Shown: piece after piece, positions 8,268-17,500 of the stretch
Layout: every line of letters starts with the position of its first letter
Numbering within the stretch: the first letter of the stretch is position 1
Origin: an uncultured Chitinophagales bacterium
GTDB taxonomy: Bacteria > Bacteroidota > Rhodothermia > Balneolales > CAYWCV01
Length of the DNA: 20,990 nt
Assembly: GCA_964640035.1 (NCBI GenBank)
Contig: CAZXGO010000009.1
Span: 2,413 to 23,402, forward strand
Direction of reading: 5' to 3'
Notes under the pieces: generated by a model
Databases searched by the model: none
What the model was told of the DNA's origin: nothing
Seen by the model: only the letters and a program-made list of their open reading frames with translations
Position numbers and translations under genes: made by a program

Positions 8268-8972
8268 TCACTTATTTATTAACATTATTTCTTTCATGAG
8301 TGGAATATTATTTGTTCGATTCGGCATGCACCAGGAAACAGCGTAGCTCATATTTTGATACCTTAATTGTTGATAAGAGCCAGTCCAGCAAACACCGTCT
8401 AAAATAAGTTCCCAGTTTGATGGATGATCATGAGGGAACTGAATTTCAAAATGCCGAGGGTCAAGCGACAAACCTAGTCCAGTTGCTTTTAAGGCTGCTT
8501 CTTTTGCAGACCACATCATAAAAAAAGCCTCTGTCTCGGTACAATAATCTTTTGAAACCCAGGCTGTGATCTGACCGATCTCATAGGGAGTATATAAACT
8601 TTTGAAATCGATCAGTGATCGGTTGTGATGAAGCTCAATGTCGATACCGCATGGTTCATCTCCGTGTATAAGTGCTATCAAATCGCCTGAATGGCTCCAA
8701 TTAAACTCAAACGAACATTGCTTGAGACTTGGTTTGCCATTCGAGTTGTACTCAAATTCTAATGGTTTCTCCAGGTACGTTCTAGACCCGGTTTCGCGCG
8801 TAATCAGCTAATGCCAAAGCAGAATACGAGCAGCGATAAACCGGTCTGCATCCTGCTTATGATAAAAACGAGACGCTTTTTGAAGATCTTCAGCACTCAA
8901 CATTTGAGAAACCAACTCGGCCGATGTCTGCTCAAGTATCTGTGTATAGGGCTGTACGATGAGTGCATTCAT
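8268..8972 (-). pseudogene. Sfp-type 4'-phosphopantetheinyl transferase reading frame (234 codons) interrupted by one in-frame TAG (amber) at codon 55 (plus-strand 8808-8810).
   Basis: From the ATG at 8972 it reads MNALIVQPYTQILEQTSAELVSQMLSAEDLQKASRFYHKQDADRFIAARILLWH*LITRETGSRTYLEKPLEFEYNSNGKPSLKQCSFEFNWSHSGDLIALIHGDEPCGIDIELHH…MMWSAKEAALKATGLGL…. All Sfp hallmarks are present and in the same frame: RFYHK.DA, GKP, FN(W)SHS, GIDIE and WSAKEA.LKA. The ORF track shows only the C-terminal 137 aa (TTG start at 8681). Other genes here stop with TAA or TGA and none needs TAG read as sense. Confidence 0.75.
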
Positions 8973-9000
8973 GGATAAAGCTGGTCTGTCGGTTTATATT

Positions 9001-10224
9001 TTACTGTTTTGAGTGGTCAAGATAACGCATCAGATTGAGCACAAACTTCCAATTGTGTGTAGCCATCTCGCTGTTCATTCCCATTCTTGTAGAACCATCG
9101 GCAGCGATTTGGGCTGTAAACATACCTGCCTCACCAAACATAGCCACTTTCCCATTTCCATGTTCGACTAAAGCTGCTTGTAGTTTTTGGGTAGCATCTA
9201 CCACAGGAACAACAAAAGCTGGTAATTCTTTCGTCGAAAGGAGAGACACCATTGTTTGTTGGTTTGAACTGTTAGAATCTTTACCAAAATAGGCATCCTG
9301 AGCTTCTGTGAGTACCGTAAAGGGTCCATCACCAAAGCGTAAAAGGGGATGCAATTTCATCCCAGGCAATTCTTCGGCGCTGAAACTATGACCTGTAAAC
9401 GTTGTGACATATGGGATGGTGGTATCATTCTGAGTTCCGGCATCACCCTTCAAAAAATCATTGATTTTGAGAGTTCCATCACCCTTTTGATATCCAGCTT
9501 CGGCCTGAGGATTGGGAGAGTTCCAAAAGCGTAAGGTATTAATTTCAGCTCCTAAGGCTACAAAGAGACCGCTCGCTTGGCTTACAATCTGTTGATTAAC
9601 GCTTGCATTATTTGGATCCGCTTTACCTTGCATAATTTGATCAACTACAGGAAGTTGAAAAAAGCGTTCTTTTAAGATGGTATAATATTCAGGGTCAAAA
9701 TTGTATCCATTATCAAGAGAGAATCCGAATCGAGCGGCTAAATCTGCCGTTGCACCTGGAAATGGATAATGATCGGCAATAAGTAAAAGAGATCCTCCCT
9801 TACCCACCCATTCAACGATAGCATCAATTTCTTCGCTGGTAAATGCACTTAAAATGGGGCTCACCCATTTTGGTTCTGGATGATTCGCATCATTAGCAGG
9901 ATTTGATATTACTAAAACCTTAACATCTTGCAGATTCTCGCGGGTAAATTTCTCAGTAAATGATTCAACCTTGAAGCCATCGTTTCGTAGCAGATCAGCG
10001 AATGGTTTAAAACGTTGATCTTTCGTATGAAAATTGTTGTGGGCTGCATCAATATAAATGACTGTTTCGCTCGAATAGGGCTTATATGGAACGGGAGGCA
10101 CATAGTTTTGGTCATACGATTGAACCTCAAGAGCCGGTGGTTTTGCACCCTGTGATTGTTGGGCAATGCTTGTCTGACTAAAAAGAAATGCTAGTAGGTA
10201 AAAAAGTATGATCACATTTTTCAT
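9001..10224 (-). CDS. Secreted, cysteine-free 407-aa protein of unknown function. It may have a DUF4350/ThuA-like (class I glutamine-amidotransferase-like) N-terminal fold. It lies in the same gene string as the NRPS.
   Basis: The signal peptide is MKNVIILFYLLAFLFSQTSIAQQ. The motifs VIYIDAAHNNFHT…VKVLVISNPAN…GGSLLLIADHYPFPG are reminiscent of the DUF4350/GldG N-terminal domain, a weak call made from memory. There is an 8-bp gap to the upstream DUF697-like gene. There are no Cys residues at all. Confidence 0.6.
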   Translation of the reverse strand: MKNVIILFYLLAFLFSQTSIAQQSQGAKPPALEVQSYDQNYVPPVPYKPYSSETVIYIDAAHNNFHTKDQRFKPFADLLRNDGFKVESFTEKFTRENLQDVKVLVISNPANDANHPEPKWVSPILSAFTSEEIDAIVEWVGKGGSLLLIADHYPFPGATADLAARFGFSLDNGYNFDPEYYTILKERFFQLPVVDQIMQGKADPNNASVNQQIVSQASGLFVALGAEINTLRFWNSPNPQAEAGYQKGDGTLKINDFLKGDAGTQNDTTIPYVTTFTGHSFSAEELPGMKLHPLLRFGDGPFTVLTEAQDAYFGKDSNSSNQQTMVSLLSTKELPAFVVPVVDATQKLQAALVEHGNGKVAMFGEAGMFTAQIAADGSTRMGMNSEMATHNWKFVLNLMRYLDHSKQ

Positions 10225-10232
10225 GGTGAGTT

Positions 10233-10733
10233 TTAGCTTGTGGTTGAGGATGCGATTCGGATGGGTAGTTCTTTTTTTCCGTTTTCGAGCTCCGTCCGGA
10301 ACATTTTTCTGAGGGTACTGTTATCCTTGCTCAAAAATGTTCCACCTGTTTCGAAGTGGTGTTTAAAGAGTTTGCCGACAACGTAGACAGACAAGGCTCC
10401 TGTGATGGAATAAATACTCGATGCAACAAAATGTCCTACGAAGGGAATGCTGGAGAGCGATGATTTAGATTTTAAAGCCAGATATACAGGTCCCAAACTT
10501 CCTACCAGTGAAATAAACGCCTTGGCTGCGGCTAATTTCGTTGGAAAGGGGAAAGAATAATTCTTGGCAAGTTCATCAATCATTGCTAACTCGAGTACCG
10601 CAACACCGACCGAGTTAACCGTGGGTGATGGTATGAGTCCAATACCAGCAGCAATTAGGGTATAACGCCATACAATGGCCTCACCCGATGCAATCGGATC
10701 TGTACTTTGATCTATATTCTTGGATTCATTCAT
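10233..10733 (-). CDS. DUF697/YcjF-like small membrane-associated protein, paralog B.
   Basis: 166 aa and homologous to 7320-7838 (see that entry). It lies 81 bp downstream of the type II thioesterase and 8 bp upstream of the secreted protein. Confidence 0.5.
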   Translation of the reverse strand: MNESKNIDQSTDPIASGEAIVWRYTLIAAGIGLIPSPTVNSVGVAVLELAMIDELAKNYSFPFPTKLAAAKAFISLVGSLGPVYLALKSKSSLSSIPFVGHFVASSIYSITGALSVYVVGKLFKHHFETGGTFLSKDNSTLRKMFRTELENGKKELPIRIASSTTS

Positions 10734-10814
10734 TTAGCGTTGATGATTTATCCAAAATAGTTAAATACAATAGCGGACATTTATCAAAGGAAAATAGTAC
10801 ACTTTTTTATCTAA

Positions 10815-11537
10815 TTATTTTAGCAATGTTTTTCGGATGATAGTGCCAACATGATTGATTTCATCAAAAAAGGCAAAATGACCCCCTTTTTGTGGATTAA
10901 ACTCTATAGAGTACTTTGTTTCATTTTGCCATGGAATTAATGCATGAATGGGGGTTTCCACATCCAAGGTACCATAAAAGACAGTGATGGGAATATCAAG
11001 GGGTTCGGATGGATTCTGGTAGCGATAGCATTCCAAGGCTTGAATGTCAGCTCGAACAATAGGCTCAAAGAAATTCATCAATTCTTGATGTTCCTTAAGT
11101 TCAGGTGGAAGCGCTCCAAGACTTTCTATGTAGGCCCAGAAATCCTCCGTAGCGGCTTTGTAGTGTGGAATATCAAGATGTGCCACTTTTGGCACTGATG
11201 GTGCACCATGAGCACTACAGAATATGTGCTCAACCCTGCCGGGCGTATCTGACTCCGACAAACGAGTGATCAGATAGGCAAGTAACGCTCCCATGCTATG
11301 ACCAAGTAAAGCAAATGATCGTTCGTTAGCATAGTGTTTAATTTGTTCATACATATCTAAAGCTATGGATTCAATATCCGTTAGCAGTGGGTCTTTCAAT
11401 CGTTTTCCTCGCCCAGGTGGTTCCAAGGCTACAAGGTCAATCTCATCACCCAAAAGCGGCTTAAGATTTCTGTAGACTAGAGAATTACCGCCTGCATAGG
11501 GTATAGCAAACAGTACTTTTGGATCATTTATCGTCAT
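10815..11537 (-). CDS. Type II (editing) thioesterase, alpha/beta-hydrolase, GrsT/TycF-like.
   Basis: 240 aa. The nucleophile elbow is GHSMGALLAY. The N-terminal LFAIPYAGGNSLVYRNL matches the TEII pattern, and a C-terminal His lies in GGHFAF. It sits 15 bp downstream of the NRPS stop. Confidence 0.9.
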   Translation of the reverse strand: MTINDPKVLFAIPYAGGNSLVYRNLKPLLGDEIDLVALEPPGRGKRLKDPLLTDIESIALDMYEQIKHYANERSFALLGHSMGALLAYLITRLSESDTPGRVEHIFCSAHGAPSVPKVAHLDIPHYKAATEDFWAYIESLGALPPELKEHQELMNFFEPIVRADIQALECYRYQNPSEPLDIPITVFYGTLDVETPIHALIPWQNETKYSIEFNPQKGGHFAFFDEINHVGTIIRKTLLK

Positions 11538-11552
11538 AAAACCTTCACTGAA

Positions 11553-14500
11553 TCAATCGTTAGATATAATTTGGGCAATGATGTCTGCAAGCTGAGAAAC
11601 ATGGGGTTCATTAAGCATGGTGAGGTGATCACCTGGTGTGTGATGAATATGAAGGTGGTGTTGAATCCATTCAGACCATCCTAAATCAGGAGTGGAACGG
11701 AGTTCATGTACCCTTGAATCATTCAGATGTTCAGGCTGTAATTCAAAGGAGCGTATCAGATGAATATCCAGGTTTTCTAATTTCGCATGTGGATGGTATT
11801 CCATCTGAAGATTACTCCGATATACCTGGATAAAGCCTTCCAATTGAATGAGCGGTGTTTCAGGTGGAAAGATTTCAGCCTTAATTAGAGCCTCCAGTAA
11901 CTTTTGAGTAGGACTAGATCCTTGATCTAATTGTTCATCATCGATATTGACCCACTTTCCAAATTGATGTGAGGCAATTTCGGCAATTTGACGTGTCCAT
12001 TTTTCCATGGACCAGTCTTTACCCGTTGGTTCAAACCAATGAGGTGCTGACGAATCCAATATGATAGCCTTGTGTTTCAAGTGCACATCTTGAGCAGAAG
12101 TGCGTTCAAGTTGACGTGCCATTTCATATGCTAGGAGTCCGCCGAATGAATGACCGACAAGAATCAAGCTGCTGTTGGGTATTGCATCACTAATGGCATC
12201 CAGATAGTGACTGGCAAGCTGATCCATGGTAGTACATACGGCAGTTTTTCCATCAAGACCTGGAGGCTGTACACCATAAACTGGAATATCTAGACCTAGT
12301 GTTGATGCAAGTGCTTGCATATAGAGAATATTTCCACCGGCACCAGGAATAAGTACGATGGCTTTTTCGTCGACGGTTCCTTTTCGAAGCGGAATAATCG
12401 TCGGCCAGGCCGTAGAACCCTCGGATGACGTTCTAAGATTTCGGGTAAAACTTTCAAGAGTGGGATAATGGAATAAACTGACGAGTGGAAGCTGGATTCC
12501 AAACTCAGCATGCACCAATGCCATCATCCGAACAGCTAAAAGGGAGTGTCCGCCAAGCTCAAAAAAATGATGTTGAGGGCTAATGTGATTGACACCCAAA
12601 ACTGCTTTCCAAATGGATGCCATCCTGTATTCGAAAATATCTCGGGCTTCCAGTCGGTCAGCATGTGCATGTTCGGTAAGATTAAGCTTTCTATTACTTA
12701 ATGCTTTTCGATCCAACTTCCCGTTGGGTGTCATTGGGAAAGAGTCCACTATAATAAAATGAGCTGGAATCATGTACTCAGGAAGAAGAGGCCTGAGATA
12801 GGTTGCCAACGTTTTCCCTTCAACAGTCTTTTTTGATCCAGGGATAATGTATGCCACCAATTTTCCCTCTGATCCACTCCCATAAAGAACAACAGCTGAT
12901 AATGATATTCCTGGATGATTACTTAAATGGTATTCTATTTCACCCAATTCTATTCTAAATCCACGTAATTTTACCTGTTGATCACTTCTTCCCAGATACA
13001 TGATCGATCCATCGGGTCGAAACTGGGCTAAATCGCCGGTATTGTACATTTTGGGACTCGCTACTTCTCCTTTCGAGCTCAGACCATTGATATCTGAGAT
13101 CGGCTTGCTGTAGGGGTCTGAGATAAATCGCTCCTGAGTTAGATCATCCCGGTTCAAGTATCCATCCGCAACCCCTATTCCACCGATATATAAGGTACCA
13201 GTTATTCCAGCTGGTAGTGCCTGGAGTTGATCATCGAGAACATATACAAACGTATTGTCGATGGGGCGACCAATTAAAACAGGAGATGATGCGTCAAGAG
13301 TATGTTTATCAATACGTGAGATCGTTGAGTAAACCGTAGTTTCAGTGGGCCCATATAAGTTCCAAACGGAGGCACTTTTTGAAACAAGCTCTTTTGCCAA
13401 GTGGTACGAAAGTGCCTCTCCTCCAGTGAAAATCTTCAGCTTGTCGTTTCCATGCCAGGATTGTTCTACCATCATATTCCAGGTGGCTGGAGTGGCCTGC
13501 ATGATGGTGATATCACCTTTTAAAATACGCTCCATGAGGGCTTGCGGGTCTTTTGCTACTGTTTCTGGAGCCAACTCAAGGATTCCACCACAACTGAGGA
13601 TACCCCAAATTTCCAGCACAGCAATATCAAATGATATCGTTGTCAAGGCCAGGAGTTTATCATTATGATCCATCCCAGGTTCACGATGGATAGATTGGAT
13701 AAAGTTCAAGACGCCTCGATGAGGTATAATGACCCCTTTGGGTCGACCAGTACTCCCAGAAGTGAAGATGACATATGCTATATCGCTTGGCCGAATAGGA
13801 ATGTTCGATTCCTCAGCATTGAGACTTTCCGGATCGATTTCAATGTTATCTACAAGTACCTGGGCCGAGGTAGAAGGTATGCGATCAGCTAAGGTTGACT
13901 CTGTAAGGACCAATTCGATCTCGGCATCTTCAAAAATCATTTCTATCCGTTGCGATGGATAATTCGGGTCAAGAGGGACATAGGCATGGCCTGCTTTCCA
14001 AATTCCAAGCATGGAGCTTATCAAATAAGACTTCCTCTCCAGTGCAACCGCGATAAGTGATCCAGGCTTTAGCTTTAGGTTTCGAATGAAAGAAGCAATT
14101 TTATTGGATTCGTCCCTCAATTCAGCATAGGTCATTCGCCGATTTATGGCATTTAATGCAATGTGATCGCCTCGTACGTGTGCCTGATTATCGATCAAAT
14201 CTACCAAAGACACCGCATCATCCAGTGGCCTGGAGGTTTGGTTCCAATTTGCCAATGTCATCATGGCATGGTCTTCACTCTGAAGAGCAATATGATCGAT
14301 TGTTCGACGATCATCCCATGAAAGTTCTGAAAGAATATGCTTGAACTGTTCTGACATCTGATGGATACGCCATTCTTGAAATAAGTCGGTGCTGTACTCC
14401 AAATATCCAGCAAGAGTATCTCCTTCTTCTGCAAAAAGAAGAGACAGATCATATTTAGAGATGGTGTTTTTATGTTCAAGAAGATCAGAATCAAGACCCT

Positions 14501-17500
14501 GAAATGATGGTGGGTTCATGCGTTGTGTTTGCATGCTTAGCATCACCTGAAATAAAGGCGAGTATGCCGTATTTCGTTCTGGTTGCAAGATTTCAACAAG
14601 TTGTTCAAACGATATGTCCTGATGGCCATACGCCTCAAGGGCTGTGGCCTTTATTTGTTTTAAATATTGGACAACGCTTTGCTTAGGATCAAGATTAAGT
14701 CGTAACACTTGTGTATTGACAAAAAAACCAATGAGTGGCTCAAAAGCGGCCTTTTTTCTATTTGCAAATGGCGCTCCAATGACGATATCCTCTTGACCAG
14801 AATACTTATGAAGCATGATCCCAAAAACGGCAGTAAGTATCATGAACGGGGTCATCTTGGATACCTCTGCGAGTTTTTGCACTTTTTGACTTAGATCCTG
14901 CCCCAGTTCAAAACGATGTGTAGCACCTTGATACGTTTTTACAGGAGGACGCTGAAAATCGGTAGGTAATTCCAGCAAAGCAGGAATATTGGCCAGTTTA
15001 TCTTTCCAATATTCAGCTTGTCGCTGAATTTCTCCAGTGTTGATCAACTCATCTTGCCATTTCGCATAATCTGCGTATTGGCTTTCAAGTACTGGTAGAC
15101 CATGATCCTCACCATCGATGAACGCTTGATAGAAATATTCCAATTCCCGGGAAATGAGTCCAAGTGACCACCCATCCGACACAATATGGTGCATGTTAAT
15201 GGTAAACAGGTACACATCATCCTCAAGTCGGACAACTGCTGACCGAAAAAGTGGTCCTGAACGCAAATCAAAAGGTGTATTACTCAGATTCTGAATCCAT
15301 AATTCAAGATGCTCCTGTTTGGTTGAATCCTTCAGCAATCGAATATCAACCACACTGAGTGGGTTGGAGTGTGGAGTAATCTTTGTTTGTAGCTCAGCAT
15401 CGACTGATACGATCGTGCTTCGAAGCACCTCATGACGTTGTTGTAAACGATCGACGGCATACTTAAGGGCATCCAGGTTAAGCTCACCATACATTTTGAT
15501 GGTGATAGGCATATTATAGGTTGGTTTACCGCCATCAAGTTGTTCGAAAAACCACAGTCGCTTCTGCGCTAAGGACAGAGGTCTAGTGTTGCTTGATTCG
15601 TAGCCTGTTGAGATCGGGTGTGTCTGACTTGGCCGAACTTGGTCATTAACCGTATTTGAAGAGATGACCCCTGGTTTGCTTGTTGAAGCATTGGAACCCG
15701 ATGAGTCAAAAGCATATCCCAGTTGACGTGCTACATCGACTGTGAGATCACCTAATATGTCGACCGAATAATGCTCTTTCCAACGATCTGAAGTATTAGC
15801 ATCTATTTTTTTATGCGAATGAAATTTAACATCTCCTAACATTCGGGATTCGGCATAAAGGCCATCCGTCATGCGACGTTTTTTCTCCTGATCATTAAAC
15901 AATGCAAGCATTTCTGCATCAAAGGGTATGCCAATATGTGCGCACAAACGCTCCATCTCTTTTTTCGGATGATTCGTCATATCCTCAAAAGAGATACTGG
16001 TTTGTCTATTTTGGGGAATAGTTGATAAAAAATGAGTGATATTTTCGTGACTTTGAAACCAAATAAGTTCAGCCAGCTCACGTGATTGAAACGTGTGAGG
16101 ATATCTAAAGAAGATCTGCTGCAATTTGGCTTCAACAAAGGAATGGATCATTCCCAATGGATGGCGATGCAGGTGGATGTAGAACGCATCCTCAAAATTG
16201 TTTTCTATTCTTTCCAAGATGGATGGATGAAGAACATACGATGGTGATTTGTCGACCAGGATTTGTTCATCAACCGATTTCTGGAGTTCATTGTAGAATT
16301 CTTTTACGCTGAGATGAGCCTCTTCATACCGATTCATCGCCAATTTGGCTTCCTCAGCATTCAGATCTTTAGCTTCCATGAGAGCCCGGATGGTCCCCTC
16401 TAACCAAAAGCTATCCCGACCGGTATAGGTATCTGCACGTTCCTTCAGGGTATTAAAAGGCATTAACTCTAGTTCGGGTGGAGCAAAGAGCATCGGATGC
16501 CCACCTAATAATACCCTAAGTAAGGTAGTACCAGAACGTGGAGGTGCGAGCACAAAAATGGCACGTTTATTTTTGGACTGTACCTTCTCCTTATATGATG
16601 ATAGACCTGGTATGAGATCTTTGAATGTTGAGATATCATTTGGAGATATACGTGTTATCTCTTTCTTTGAAGAAGAGCCTAAATCATCAAATTGAGCATA
16701 AATTTCAGGATAATGCTCTGTGATATAGATCGCTAGTTCTGCTATCGTTGGAGCTTCGAACAAGGCAACGACATAGAAAATACACCCAAAGTGTTCTTGA
16801 ATCCGGTTTGAGAAGATGGCCGCTTTGATGGAGTCGCCACCCAGTTCGAAAAAGTTATCATGAATACTTAGCTTCGGAAGTCGCAGAAGTTCGGACCAGA
16901 GATTGGCTATATATTCTTCAAGTGTATTTCTGGGTTCTACTAGGGGAGTGACTGAAGAATGACTTTCTCTATCTGGGTCAGGTAAAGCCTTTAGGTCAAC
17001 CTTACCATTATGCGTTAATGGCATTTCTGATAGAGTGACCATAGCTGAGGGCACCATATACTCAGGCAGTTTGATACTAAGATGTTCTCTTAGCGCTTTA
17101 AGCCTTTCGTTCGGATTCACTTCGGGTTGAAAGACAAGATATCCTGCAAGTTCATTACCTGAAGTGGATTGTATAACTTTCACCACGGCAGTGCTTACAC
17201 CGTTGAAGGATTTTATTAGGCTTTCAATTTCCCCGATTTCGATACGAAATCCTCGAATCTTGACTTGTTGGTCAATACGTCCAAGGTACTGTAGTCTACC
17301 ATCCAATCGTCTTCTGGCTAAATCTCCACTACGGTAATATCTGGCTATAGGAAGTCCGGCAGACATCTGCGTTGAGATGAACCGTTGCTCATTGAGCTCG
17401 GGGCGTTTCAAATATCCCTTTGCTACTCCGGCACCTCCAACAACAATCTCGCCCGGAATACCAAAAGGGACTAATTGGCCATAGTCATCACACAAATCCA

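Noticed and set aside
8808-8810. Possibility that TAG is a sense codon (genetic-code reassignment) rather than a stop in the PPTase.
   Set aside because: All other well-supported genes in the window are uninterrupted and end in TAA or TGA, and none contains an internal TAG that would need reassignment. A nonsense mutation or a sequencing error is the simpler explanation.
15699-16583. Alternative reading of the PCP1-C2 insert as a methyltransferase, epimerase or generic P-loop NTPase.
   Set aside because: There are no SAM-binding motifs (no VLDxGxGxG-type motif I) and no epimerase HHxxxDG. The PRSGTT loop together with the downstream KSPSY and RHP…SF blocks co-occur, in the same order, with what I recall of CurM-type sulfotransferases.
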